DNA from: an uncultured Chthonomonadaceae bacterium
GTDB lineage: Bacteria > Armatimonadota > Chthonomonadetes > Chthonomonadales > Chthonomonadaceae
Direction: 5' to 3'
Length of the DNA: 64,000 nt
Assembly: GCA_963817895.1 (NCBI GenBank)
Contig: CAWFQB010000014.1
Location: 256,001-320,000 of the forward strand
Position 1 is the first letter of the stretch. Every line of letters starts with the position of its first letter. The position numbers were made by a program, and so were the translations under genes. Below the pieces are notes generated by a model that was given only the letters and a program-made list of their open reading frames with translations, ran no database searches and was not told the origin of the DNA. This document shows positions 45,980-57,922 of the stretch, one piece after another.

Positions 45980-48315
45980 TTGTCTATCACCGTCGAACGC
46001 GAATTGGCCGGACGGACCCTGCGCCTGGAAACAGGCAAAGTCGCCAAACAGGCCAACGGCGCGGTTTGGCTTTATCAGGGCGACACCATTGTTATGGCGA
46101 CCGCTACCATGAGCCAGGAACCCCGCCTCGGAACCGATTTCTTTCCCCTTACCTGTGATTATGAAGAGCGCAAATACGCGGTTGGTAAAATCCCCGGCGG
46201 CTTTGTCAAGCGCGGCGGCAGGCCCTCCGAAAAAGCCGTTCTCACTTCCCGTCTGATTGACCGCCCGCTTCGCCCCCTGTTTCCCGATGGCATGCGCAAC
46301 GATGTTCAGGTGATTGCCCTGCCCCTCAGCGTGGATCCCGATAACCTTTCCGACACCCTCGCGATGGTCGCTGCCAGCGCCGCCCTGACCGTTTCCAATA
46401 TCCCTTTCGATGGCCCCATCGGAGCCGTGCGCGTGGGACGCGTCAACGGCGAACTGATGATGAACCCACCCTGTCCCAACTCGCCGAGTCGGACATGGAT
46501 CTGGTCGTTTCGGGAACCAAAAAAGCCGTCCTGATGATCGAGGCCGGCACGAAGTTCGTCAGCGAAACCGATCTGCTGAGCGCCATTGACGCCGCGCATG
46601 AAATGATCGGGCTGCAGTGCGAAATGCAGGAAGAACTGGCAGCCAAAGTGGGCGTTACAAAGCTGGAAGTCGAACTTCACCTGCCCGCCGAAGACATTAT
46701 GCAGGCCATTCACGACCGCATGGACGCCAACATTCGCGCCACCATTCAGAACCCGGACAAAGCCGCCCGCGAGTCGGCTATCGGCGACCTGAAAAAAGAG
46801 ATTGTCGCGTCCCTGCTGGCGGATTTCCCCGACAAGAAAAGCGACATTGCCGAAGCGGCGGAAAAAGCCGTCAAGCACCAGATTCGCGCCCTCATCATCG
46901 AGGAGGGCATTCGTCCCGATGGCCGCAAGGTGGACGAGATTCGCCCGATTACGTGCGAAGTCGGCCTGCTGCCCCGCGTACACGGAACCGGCCTGTTCAC
47001 GCGCGGACAGACGCAGGTTCTGACGTGCCTGACACTGGGCGCGACCAGCGAAGCGCAGGTCGTGGACAACCTGGAAGTGGACGAGAAGAAGCAGTACATG
47101 CACTACTACAACTTCGCGCCCTATTCCGTTGGCGAAGCGCGCCCGCTGCGCGGGCCGGGACGGCGCGAAATCGGACACGGCGCGCTTGCCGAGCGCGCCC
47201 TGGTTCCCGTCCTGCCGCCCATCGAAAACTTCCCCTACGCCATGCTGCTGCAAAGCGAAGTGCTGGAATGCAACGGCTCCACATCTATGGCGTCCGTGTG
47301 CGGTTCCACGCTTGCCCTGATGGACGCGGGCGTGAAAATATCCGCGCCCGGTTGCGGGTATCGCGATGGGACTGATGACGCTGGATGATAAGTTCGCCGT
47401 GCTTTCCGACATTCAGGGCATGGAAGACTTTTCCGGCGACATGGACTTCAAGGTGGCCGGAACCGCCGAAGGCGTCACCGCCATTCAGCTGGACTGCAAA
47501 ATTCAGGGACTGCCCCGCGAAGTGATGGTGCAGGCGCTGGAACAGGCGCGCATCGGCCGCCTGCATATTCTGGGCAAAATCACGGACGCTATTGCCGCGC
47601 CCCGCGAACACCTGAGCAAGTACGCGCCCAGCATCTTCACCATCGAGATCAACCCGGAACGCATCGGTGAGGTCATCGGCCCAGGCGGCAAGATGATTAA
47701 GAAGATCACGGCCGATACCGGCGCGCAGATTGACATTCAGCAGGACGGCAAAATCTTTATCGCGGCTGTGGATCAGGAAGCGGGCCGGCGGGCTGCCGAC
47801 ATCATTCTGGGCATGGTCGGCGAAATGGAAGTCGGCGGACTGTTCACCGGCAAAGTGACCCGGCTTATCGGCATGGGCGCGTTCGTGGAAATTATGCCCG
47901 GACGCGAAGGGCTTGTGCATGTCAGCCATCTGCAAGAATCCGCCCGTGCGCCGTCCCGAAGAGGCGGTCAAGGTGGGCGACGAGATTCAGGTGCGCGTGA
48001 TTGAAGTGGACCAGCAGGGACGCATCAACCTGTCGGCCATCAATCTGGATCAGCCGTTCGACCCGAACATGGCGAAGCGCCCCGATGATGGACGCCCGCC
48101 CCGTGACCGCAACGACCGGGGTGGAGATCGTGGCGGCGGCGGACGCTTTGGCGACCGTGACAGAGGCGGAGACAGAGGCGGAGGTGGCGGCGGCGGACGC
48201 TTTGGCGACCGGGACCGAGGCCCGCGCCCGGAACCGCACCCCACAGCCGCAAGCCCCGCCGGACGAAGACGAAGGCGACGACGTGCCAAAAGCCCGCTTC
48301 CGTCCCCGCCGCTAG
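45980..48315 (+). CDS. pnp: Polynucleotide phosphorylase; split by about four frameshifts
   Basis: [32 protein letters not shown] and S1 domains. Confidence 0.97.
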
Positions 48316-48670
48316 GGAATACGGAATACAGAATATGGGAATATGAGACTTCAGCCAAATTCCTGAACCCCGAGACACCTGAATACCTGAACACCAAACT
48401 GCAGCCGACTGGATAGTCTGCTGCGGTTCATTTTATTTTGGAACAAGCCGTCTATTAAGGCCGTCCTTGCAGCGATAGCGGAAGATGACAGCAGGCTGGT
48501 TCCCGTTCAAACATTGAACGCTATACGCCAATCGAATTGTAGGAACAATCAGAAAGCACAGTCGCCTTTCTCTTGTCTCAGCGCATGAAAATGCCGGTAC
48601 GCATTTTGAAGCGGTTCGCTCCAGACGGCGAATCCCGTATCAGGCACAGTAACACAGAGGAGTTCCACCC

Positions 48671-49012
48671 ATGGCAGTCAAACGCGCGCAGGAAGCGAAT
48701 ACCGCCTCCCAACAGGAAACAGATAATCAACCCCGTGAACACGACTCGTCGCAGCAGGATGCGGGCGGACGAGGCTGGCACGGAAACCCGGAGGGCCACG
48801 CCGCTGCTGGACGCAAGGGCGGGCAGAAAGTGGCCCGTGACCGCGACCACATGGCCGCTATCGGACGCAAGGGCGGCGAAGCCGTTTCCCGCGACCGGCA
48901 GCACATGGCGGATATAGGCCGTAAGGGTGGGCAGTCGCGAGGGGAAGTGGCGACAGCCGGGGAACCGCAGCCGGTAATTCGTACGCCTCTCACAGGCAGG
49001 CGTAAGGAATAG
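48671..49012 (+). CDS. KGG-repeat general stress protein
   Basis: Repeated HMAxIGRKGG. Confidence 0.88.
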   Translation: MAVKRAQEANTASQQETDNQPREHDSSQQDAGGRGWHGNPEGHAAAGRKGGQKVARDRDHMAAIGRKGGEAVSRDRQHMADIGRKGGQSRGEVATAGEPQPVIRTPLTGRRKE

Positions 49013-49290
49013 GTTTGAAGCCTGTTCCTTACGCCTGCTGTGATTTAGCCTGTTTCATGCCGACACGAAAAAAATATGGGTTTCCATGTCATTCCCGGCA
49101 AATATCCGCCCCAAAAGCAGGAATTCGCCGAGAATTGCTGTGTAATCTACCGGACAGTAGGCAAATTACGCGCGTTTCTCGCGCTATATTTGCCAGCAAC
49201 TCGAAATCAAACGCGGCGGAAAGCCTCGTGACTGGCTTTCCGCGCCATCGGTACGCCCCGACAGCGCCACGAGGTAGGAGTATTGCGTTC

Positions 49291-49878
49291 ATGGACCCAT
49301 TAAAAGCAGTGATTGCAGAAGATGAGCAACTGACCCGCACAATTATTCGCGCGCGTCTGGAAAAACTCGGCCATACCGTGATTGCGGAAGCAGGCGACGG
49401 CGCGCAGGCCATTGAAGCGGCGCGTATCCACAAGCCCGATGTCATTATCATGGACATCAAAATGCCGGTCATGGACGGCATCGAGGCGGCGCGGCGCATT
49501 TTGAACGAAACGCCCTGCGCCATTCTGTTCCTGAGCAGCTTCAACGAGCAGGAACTGGTCGAGCAGGCCAGCGATACCGGCGCGCTCGCGTACCTGATGA
49601 AGCCGTTCCGCAAAGAAGACCTCGCGCCCGCGCTGGAAATGGCGGTGCGCCGCTTCCGGCAGATCATGTCGCAGTCCAAAGAGATCGAAGAGCTGAAGGA
49701 GACGCTGGAAACGCGCAAACTGATCGAGCGCGCCAAAGGCATTCTGATGGATCGGCATCGCATGAGCGAAGAGGAAGCGTTCAAGCGCATCCACTTCCAG
49801 GCGCGTAACCAGAACAAGAAAATGCGCGAAATCGCCCAAAGCATCATCACGGCGGCAGACCTTGATCTAAATGGGTGA
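49291..49878 (+). CDS. Response regulator with ANTAR domain
   Basis: MDIKMPVMDG; ETRKLIERAKGILM..SEEEAF. Confidence 0.95.
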   Translation: MDPLKAVIAEDEQLTRTIIRARLEKLGHTVIAEAGDGAQAIEAARIHKPDVIIMDIKMPVMDGIEAARRILNETPCAILFLSSFNEQELVEQASDTGALAYLMKPFRKEDLAPALEMAVRRFRQIMSQSKEIEELKETLETRKLIERAKGILMDRHRMSEEEAFKRIHFQARNQNKKMREIAQSIITAADLDLNG

Positions 49879-49960
49879 GGAGACAGTTCGCTGTTCCCTG
49901 TGTTCCAATCAACATAGAGAACGTATCAACTATCAACTACAGCAGGGATGAGGATAAAGG

Positions 49961-50625
49961 ATGAGGGATGAAGGCGTCACTTCCGAGGGGCCGCATTTGA
50001 TATTGGCGTCTGCTTCGCCGCGCCGGAAAGAGCTGATCGCGCTGCTCGGGCTGCCGTTCACGGTGGTTCCAAGCCGCTATGAGGAGCCGCCCGCGCCCCC
50101 GTATCGCTGTTGACCTGCCCTGCCTTCGTGATGCAGCTTGCGGCGAACAAAGCGCAGGAGGTGGCTTCTCGCGTTCCAGGCGGCCTGGTGCTGGGCGCGG
50201 ATACTCTGGTGACGGCGGACGATGGCGATTGGGGCGTTCCGCTTGGCAAACCCGCCGATGATCGGGACGCGTTGCGGATGCTGCAATTGCTGTCAGGGCG
50301 CGTCCATCGCGTGTATACGGGCGTCGCCCTCCTCACCGCAGGCCGCAACGATTGGAGCGCCCCTCATGCCACGTCTGCCGTCTGTACGCGCGTCCGCTTT
50401 CGCGAACTCTCCGAGCAAATGATAGTGGACTATATCGCAACCGGGGAACCACGCGACAAAGCGGGCGCATACGGGGCGCAGGGCTATGCCGCCCCGTTCA
50501 TTGAAAGTTTCGAGGGCGATTTTTTCAACGTGGTCGGCCTGCCGCTATGTGAAGTGGGCCGATTGCTGGAAAGCCTGAATATCCCCTGGTGGCAGCACCG
50601 AAAGTTTATGCCTGGCGGAAGTTAA
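49961..50625 (+). CDS. maf: Maf family NTP pyrophosphatase (frameshift near 50110)
   Basis: [30 protein letters not shown]. Confidence 0.92.
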
Positions 50626-51162
50626 AACATCCTAAAACACCAGGTTTTTACAAAATTTGCTGACACTCTTGACAGAAGTTCGTAAAATCGAAAATAATGA
50701 ACTATAGTGACCTGACTGAACATAGCGGCAAAGCTGCCACGCCTGTGAAGAACACATCCTAACTCTGGATGGAATTCTTTTCCAGTTGCGTGGTTTTTCC
50801 TGTTTTCAGCTTTGAGTTCAGAGAGACAACAATAACAAGAAAGAGGGTGATTTCAACTTACATTGGAACATTTGTGTCAGTAATGGCGTCCATAAAGAGA
50901 GAATTCGCGTTTCGTCATATCTGCTCTTCTTAATATTTTCTTAAACATGAGTTATTCGACGAATAAAACAACGCATGTTCCGCGTTCCAGCCATCTTGAA
51001 GTCATGAGGAACCCATCCATCGCGTGACAATCAGAACCCTTGCGAATGTTTTCACAGGAAGTAATCCCCTGCTGTTACTTTCGCAATCGCCATAACGCTA
51101 GTTCTCGTTGTTCGCGCCCGGTTTTCCGCTGTCAGGAAAACCATTCGACCTACGGAGAAAAA

Positions 51163-52015
51163 ATGATGAAGCAAAACCGCAGATCAGGTTTTACCCTGAT
51201 CGAGCTGCTCGTCGTGATCGCGATCATCGCGATTCTCGCGGCAATTCTGTTCCCCGTTTTCGCGCAGGCTCGCGAAAAAGCCCGCCAGACCAGTTGTATC
51301 AGCAACAACAAACAATTGGGACTGGGCGTGATAATGTACCAGCAGGACTATGATGAATCGATGCCGCGTTTCATCACGACGACTGCGGAATCCACCCCGC
51401 TTACTATAACAAATCGTCAAACGGCCTTCATCTTCGCGCAACCGTACATTAAGAACAAACAGTTGCTGAAATGTCCGGATATGCCGGATGATGGCATCTG
51501 GAAAAACGCTTACGATTCCAATGTCGCGATCTGGGGGGGCTATGCCTTCAACGTAGACTACATGATGTACTCTGCCGACTGTAGCGATTTTGGCACCGCC
51601 GCTAATCCCAACTCGGGACCTCCGACGCCGATAGCGCTGATCCAGAAGCCTGCGGAAACGGTTATGTTCGGTGGCGCGGCGCTTGCCAATGGACCGGGTT
51701 CCTTTTCCGGCGCCAACTCTCTGTATCCCGAAGGTGGCGGTTACTACTTCCTCTTAGCCCCTGCCACGCTGACCACACCCGAAGGCTGCACCTATAGCAA
51801 CGGCGGTTGGGGAACAGGGCAGTTTCATGGGACCGTACGGCGGGTTTGAACAGCCTCGGCATGGCAGCATGGTCGGAACGATCACCTTCTGTGACGGCCA
51901 TAGCAAAGCCATGAACGCGGGCCGCGCCGCAGCCGGAACCAACTGGACGCCGACAACTCCCAACTCTTCCATCGTCGTCACGGATCGCAACCAATACATA
52001 TGGGACCTTCAATAA
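51163..52015 (+). CDS. DUF1559 prepilin-type/H-X9-DG protein (frameshift near 51830)
   Basis: [42 protein letters not shown]. Confidence 0.9.
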
Positions 52016-52206
52016 TGAACAAAACTGCTCTTGCTCTTGCCGCTGTTCTCCTGTTGGCTATCTCCCTTACCGGATGTGGCTCTAAAGGCGATGACGACGC
52101 CAATAAACCCCCGCCCGTCAGCGCGAATGCGAAACCCGACCCGACAAATACTGGTAAAAAGGCCACGACAAAGACGCTTGCGCCAACCACGGAAATGGCT
52201 AAATAA
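52015..52206 (+). CDS. Small lipoprotein
   Basis: Lipobox LTGC; start overlaps the upstream stop. Confidence 0.75.
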   Translation: MNKTALALAAVLLLAISLTGCGSKGDDDANKPPPVSANAKPDPTNTGKKATTKTLAPTTEMAK

Positions 52207-52279
52207 CCTCTTCTACCTGTTAAGCAGCTATTGGAAATTTCGGTACTTCCAATAGCTGCTTTCCATTCCATTGACGACC

Positions 52280-52486
52280 ATGCGAAAATCCAGAATCAGT
52301 AATCGCGTCATTCTGTTTTCTTTTCTGTTGGGCTTGCTCCTGCTTGTAATTATAGCGCGCGTGTACTACATGCCACATACGGACGAGTACCAGTTCCGTA
52401 CTCCGCCCCCCGGCCCCAACGCCCGTCCGGATAAACCTAACGCGGAAAAGCTAAAGAAGTTGCCGGGCGCAACCCACGCAGGTTAA
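52280..52486 (+). CDS. Small single-TM Pro/Lys-rich protein
   Basis: Basic N-terminus, one hydrophobic helix. Confidence 0.55.
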   Translation: MRKSRISNRVILFSFLLGLLLLVIIARVYYMPHTDEYQFRTPPPGPNARPDKPNAEKLKKLPGATHAG

Positions 52487-52624
52487 CCCCCACAGGACGG
52501 AAACCCGCCTATGTTTACGCCACATAAAACCGGGCCGCGAATGTTTCATTCGCGGCCCGGTTTGCATGGGCTTGATAAATCAAGCCCCTACAAGTTGAGC
52601 TTTTCACGCGCAATATAGTAGCGT

Positions 52625-53672
52625 TTACGTATGCGCGTCGCTGAGTTTGGCGTCTTTGACGACGTTGACCCAGGTATGCACGTGAGGCGCGCCCCGGAAG
52701 TGCCAGACCAGCCCCGGCCCTTCCAGACGCCAGATGTCCCACACGCCGTCATTGCCCAGATCGTCCTGCTTGTAGAACGACAGATGAATTTTGTCCAGAC
52801 CGCCGTTCGCCGCAATGTCGCGCATCGCCTCATCGGCGTCGGAGGGGCGATAGGGTGACAGCAGATCGCGCATCACGGATTTGACGAGCGCCTTCTGGTC
52901 ACGGGACAGTTCGCCGATGGCGATGCCGGGGAACATGCCGTCCTTGCCCTGCAAATCAATCTTGCTTTCCGCCGGGAGCTTTGTCGAGCAGGGCAATAGC
53001 GCGCTGCTTGCCGTCGAGCGCGGTAAACACGGCGTTCGCCTTCTGGACTGCTGCCAGTAGATGTTGCCCGCGTGGTCGGGGTTTTCGGTCTCCTTCACCG
53101 CATGGCCGTAGAAGATCGGCCCGCCAAACGCCGCGTTCTGGTTGGAGTGTCCGTCCGCGCGCAGCGTGACATGCCGCCCGGTCAGCACGAACTCGAACTT
53201 GCCCGTTTTCGGCGATCCGAACAGCGCGGCGTAGTAGTTCTGCAATCCGCCCGCGTCGCCCTCCATCTGCTGCAGAATTTTGGGATACCACTCTTCGGTC
53301 GTCAGCCCGCGCAGAATCCCTTTAATCATCTCCTGCTGGTCGGCATTGAACTGCTTGCCGATGTTGTTTTTGACAATTCCCCAGTTGGCCTGCACCATGC
53401 TGCGTTTGGCGTGTTCCCAGGGCATGCACACGTCTGCCGTTTGCGCGGGCGTCAGGCTGTCGAACAGGGTTTTCACCAGCGTTTCCGGGCTGCGTCTTTG
53501 CCGCCACCGCGCTGCCTGCCCCGTGTTCCTGCGCGAACGCGGACGCGGTTCCTGCCAGCCCGCTTCCCACCGCAAGGCCGCCGAGCGTAATTCCCGCCGT
53601 CCGCAGAAAGTCGCGGCGATTCAACGGCGAAGCAGTCTGCAAACTCAGATTGTGTTTGAACTCTTTCGGCAT
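52625..53672 (-). CDS. Tat-exported DUF3500-like protein (frameshifts)
   Basis: NRRDFLR Tat motif; GRHVTLR, FGGPIFYGH, FRGAPHVHTW. Confidence 0.75.
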
Positions 53673-53828
53673 GTCAATTCCTTTTCCGATTGCGGCTCCG
53701 AGTCTTGACATTGCAGCGGCCGCTAATCTATACTTAACAGAGACAGTGTTCTCGCGCGCATGTTACCCGATTCTTGCCCCACGATGGAATCAATGCTTTG
53801 CAAGCAACGCTTTGAAGGAGAGTAAACG

Positions 53829-54140
53829 ATGCCCGCCAATGCGGAAGTTGCCGAACCGTTTATTGAAGAGCGCGTTCTGCCGGGATTTGAGGAGCAGGAC
53901 ACGCTCGACGATGGCCCCTACGTCGTAATTCTGTACAACGACGATTTTCACGAATTCGATGAGGTTGCTTCCCAACTGCAAAAAGCGACGGGCTACGACG
54001 CGCCCCATTGCGAACGCATCATGCTCGAAGCGCACACGCGCGGCAGAGCCATCGCCTATACGGGTTCTGCCGACGCCTGCGAACGCGCCGCCAACATCCT
54101 GCGCCAGATACGCCTTCAGGTGGAAACGGATAAATTTTGA
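53829..54140 (+). CDS. clpS: Clp protease adaptor ClpS
   Basis: VILYNDDFH.FDEV, MLEAHTRGRA. Confidence 0.9.
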   Translation: MPANAEVAEPFIEERVLPGFEEQDTLDDGPYVVILYNDDFHEFDEVASQLQKATGYDAPHCERIMLEAHTRGRAIAYTGSADACERAANILRQIRLQVETDKF

Positions 54141-54227
54141 GGAGGTAGACGGGTAGGTAGGTAGATAAGTAGATGAGTAGTCTGATATTTATTGAGTTGC
54201 CGCCAATTTCTGAGTAGAACGGCATTT

Positions 54228-55428
54228 CTACCCATCTACCCATCTGCCTCCTCCAACTATCGTCTGCCGCACACTGCCATCCCCATTCAGCAGCGTCAGG
54301 TCGGCGTCGTAGCCCACGCGCAGCAACCCTTTGCGGTGCGCCAGTCCGAGCGCGAGGGCGGCGTTGTACGAGGTCATGCGGGCGCGTTCGGACAGGCTGA
54401 AAGGGACAGCGTTGGCAAAGGCGCGTTCCAGCGTCAGCAGGCTGCCAGCAAGGGTTCCATCCGGCAGCCGCGCCGAGCCATCTTTGACCACAATCTTCAA
54501 ATCGCCAAGAGTGAATTCGTAATTTTCGCCCATGCCCGCGCCGGGTATTCCGTCGGAAATCAAAATCACGCCTGCCGCGCCTTTCGCGTTGATGAGGGCG
54601 CGGCAGCTTGCCGGGTGGACGTGGATGTTGTCCCAGATCAGTTCCGCCGTTAGTTCCGGGCGGGCAAGCGTTGCGCCAACGACGCCCGGTTCCCGTCCCT
54701 CCAATGGACGCATGGCGTTGAAACAGTGCGTGACGTGCCGCGCCCCCGCATCTATGGCGGCCTCCATCTGCGCATACGTGGCATCCGTATGGCCTATGGA
54801 GGCGATAATCCCCTGCCCCGCCAGAAACCGCGTCAGTTCCAGCCCGCCCGGCATTTCCGGCGCAAGCGTGACAACCCGAACCACCTGCAAATTTTCGCCG
54901 CACCAGTAGCGCAGTTCCGCCACATCCGGTTCGCGCACAAATTGCTCCGGCTGCGCCCCTTTTTTCTTCGGATTGATGTACGGCCCCTCCAGGTGACAGC
55001 CCAATACCTGCGCTCCCTGCTATCCTCGCGTTCTCTCCCTGCTGCGGACGCTTCACTGCCTCTTTGCTCTGCGCGTCCATCCGTTGCGCCGTAACAGCAA
55101 GCGCCTGCGCCTGCTGTTCCCACGGCCCGGTAACAGTGGTTGCCAGAAACCCGGTAACGCCATGCGACGCCAGATGAACGGCAATCGCGTCCAGCGCGTC
55201 CGCCGTCCCCTCCATCACATACCGGCCCGCCCCGCCATGCACATGAATATCAATAAACCCCGGAACCAGCAACCCGTCGCGGGCATCTATATCCCCCGGC
55301 TGCGGCGTTGTCGCATCGTTCCACGTTTCCAGCCCGACGATTTTCCCCGCCGCAAAGGTAACGGCAAGGTTGGCGCGTTCCCCAAGCGCGTCGGCGGCGT
55401 TGCCGACCAGTATACGGCGCAATGACAT
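54228..55428 (-). CDS. nagA: N-acetylglucosamine-6-phosphate deacetylase (frameshift near 55010-55030)
   Basis: PGFIDIHVHG, HLEGPY, THCFNAM, LAGS. Confidence 0.95.
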
Positions 55429-55645
55429 ATCGGAGGTATTCGTGCAAAGGTGTCATCCTGTCATATAAGTTGGATATGCCTGAGCCGGGTATTGAAAATA
55501 CCCGGCACGAAAGTGCAAGCGTCCTGCGACGCGGGAAAGTTTAGAAGCGTAGGGACACAACATGTTGTTCCGCGTGAGCAGCGTTGTGTCCGCGTCCGAA
55601 GGAGCTTGCTTTGTCCAGACAGAGATTTTCAATCCTGTATTCGGG

Positions 55646-56428
55646 CTACGCCGCCGTTGCCGCCCGTCCATTATTGGCTTCCGCTTGCAGCGTCTTAATC
55701 AGGTCACTGGCCTGCGCCTGCGTCAGCGCGGACAGGGCATCCACGCCGAACTTATCCTTTGCCGCCGCGTCCACGTCAATGCTGCGGCGACGGCACAGAC
55801 TGCGAATGGCTTCCATCTGCGCGTCCGTGACCGGATTGGCAAGCGGGTTGCGCAATTCGGCGGGAATAGGAGTCGGCTCCGCCGGTTTCGCGGCAGGCTT
55901 GACGGCTGACGCTTTCACGGGCGCAGCATTGTCCTCATGATGTGATCCATTGCCGTTGCCGTTGCTTTCCATGCGCGGCGCGTTTCCACTGGCATACGCT
56001 GTTGCGGCGGGAACGCGGGCAGGCGTCTGGCGCGTGCTGCGCTGGTTGGTGGAATACCCCCGTTCCGGCGCGGCCTCGTAAATGTCATCGTCGCTGAGTT
56101 CTTCCAGCGCGGCCATGCCGATGTTGACGGCATCACGCAACGCCCGCGCTTTCGCCCGCGTTTCGGCAAGCCGAATCAAACAGGTCTGCATGGCCGGGGC
56201 CACGTTGTTGGGCGCGGCGTCCCCGATACCATGAAACTCCCGCAACGTCCCCTCCCTTTCCAGCGTCACCCGCGCCGTGCAAATCGCCACGCGGTTGTTG
56301 TTCTCGTTGGGAATCTGCACCAGTTCCGTTGTAATGGATTTCAGCCCCTGCTCATGGGCTAAAGATAAAAGCCCCGCGTATAAACAGAAGGTCTTTCCCT
56401 GTCGTTCTACTAAAAAATCTTTTCTCAT
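55646..56428 (-). CDS. Putative Rad52-fold single-strand annealing-like protein
   Basis: GIGDA..IRLAETRAKARALRDA core; LTQAQASDLI C-terminal motif. Confidence 0.5.
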   Translation of the reverse strand: MRKDFLVERQGKTFCLYAGLLSLAHEQGLKSITTELVQIPNENNNRVAICTARVTLEREGTLREFHGIGDAAPNNVAPAMQTCLIRLAETRAKARALRDAVNIGMAALEELSDDDIYEAAPERGYSTNQRSTRQTPARVPAATAYASGNAPRMESNGNGNGSHHEDNAAPVKASAVKPAAKPAEPTPIPAELRNPLANPVTDAQMEAIRSLCRRRSIDVDAAAKDKFGVDALSALTQAQASDLIKTLQAEANNGRAATAA

Positions 56429-56774
56429 CGGTTTCCTTTCCCTGCGGCCAAACCGGTGTTCGCCGCGTGAGAGACAACCGACTTCACTCACTATGATAAT
56501 CTACTCCGCCATACTACACAAAAGCGGAAAGTTGAAAATTTTTCTGCACAAACTTCTTCATGCGCGTACTTCTTCCACTACTATTTTACCATATTATGTA
56601 GACGCATGTTGCCTTACTACGCGCTCTGCCTTCGGGCCGGAACACACTTTAAAACTATTTTTACGTGTTATTTTCACTTTTTTTCACCTGTGCATGTTTG
56701 ACAGGTAAGCGCAACGTTTGGCAGAGGGTTGCAAAAAGCGCGTATCTACTTACAGCAACAACAGCAGAGTCAGG

Positions 56775-56803
56775 TTGACAAATACGGCTATGCGCTGTAC
56801 ACT
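56775..56803 (+). promoter_or_regulatory. sigma70 promoter for the G5/3D gene
   Basis: TTGACA-17-TACACT. Confidence 0.7.
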
Positions 56804-57009
56804 TCCCCCGTGTCTAACGCGAAACCCACGTTTTAGACTGTTCTCATACACGCTGGCCGCGTGTTCGTTTTCTCGCGATCCCATCAAGCAGGCAACTAAT
56901 CGGTTTCTATTACCATAGATTCAGCCCGATTGGTTCAGGAGGTCCGTCAAAAGGCAACAGGCATCCGAACGGTGTCTACACAAATCGGAAACGGAAAGGA
57001 GGACAATCT

Positions 57010-57723
57010 ATGTCCTACATCTCCACTGTCCGCGCGGGACGTTATACCGCAGGACTGGTTGCACTGGGGTCACTCTCCCTGGCAACCGCTCTGGCGGGAG
57101 CGCCCCGGCAAACGGGCAGCCCCCAAAGTGCAGCAAAGCTCAAACCGACGGAACTTGCAACATCCTCATCGGTGACCCGCAAAGTTGTGCAGCGCAGTCC
57201 GATTCCTTATCCCACCTTAAGGAAACCCGCGTTCCAATTGCGAAGCGGCACCAGCCGCACTCTGCGCTCCGGCGTCAATGGCGTCAAAGAGGTCGTTTAC
57301 TCCGTCTCAGTTCGGCCTGACGGCACGGAACTCAAGCGCGAAGCCGTCAGCACCCGCGTTCTCAAACAGCCCCGTCCCGAAGTTGTTGAGGATGGGCGAA
57401 CCGCGCAACTCGCGTCGCGCGGGTATTTTTCCGGTCGGCGCGTCGTCACCATGAACGCAACGTGGTACGATCCGTATAACGATGGAAGCAATGATCACGG
57501 ACGCACCTATACGGGTGTTCTGGCCGGTTATGGCGTGGTTGCCGTAGACCCGCGTTTCATGCCGCTCGGTACGCGCCTGTACATCGAAGGCTACGGTTAC
57601 GCCGTCGCCGCCGATACGGGCGGAGCCATTAAGGGCAGCCGCATTGATCTTGCCATTGATTCGCAGCACGATGTGAAAAATGTCAAAGACATGAAACATG
57701 TGCGCGTACACATTCTCGACTAA
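57010..57723 (+). CDS. Secreted G5 plus 3D domain cell-wall protein (YabE-like)
   Basis: GVNGVKEVVY G5 region; VAVDPR.MPLGT, DTGGAIKGSRID. Confidence 0.9.
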   Translation: MSYISTVRAGRYTAGLVALGSLSLATALAGAPRQTGSPQSAAKLKPTELATSSSVTRKVVQRSPIPYPTLRKPAFQLRSGTSRTLRSGVNGVKEVVYSVSVRPDGTELKREAVSTRVLKQPRPEVVEDGRTAQLASRGYFSGRRVVTMNATWYDPYNDGSNDHGRTYTGVLAGYGVVAVDPRFMPLGTRLYIEGYGYAVAADTGGAIKGSRIDLAIDSQHDVKNVKDMKHVRVHILD

Positions 57724-57922
57724 TCGCGAACCTGTTCATTTTCAACGGTTCGTAATACCACTTTCGCGCGAAACTCGCGGCAGGACGGCGGATTTGCCTT
57801 GTTCGTTACCTGCTTGTTCGACAATCGCGCATGACTGATCGCCGTTCGGACTTCGCCGCCTCCCTGCCATCGGGATTGCCGCGCAAGCTGACGGTTGGAG
57901 AAAGGGGCGGGTAATTTTTCGT

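Noticed and set aside
48095..48225. Tandem repeats at the pnp 3' end
   Set aside because: Coding RGGDR low-complexity tail typical of PNPase
50726..50738. ANTAR target RNA (ggcAAAGCTgcc hexaloop)
   Set aside because: ANTAR sites need two tandem hexaloop hairpins; no second one is evident
43281..50874. Identical 14-mer CATTGGAACATTTG at 43281 and 50861 as a shared operator
   Set aside because: Only two copies and not palindromic; a 14-mer match can arise by chance in 64 kb
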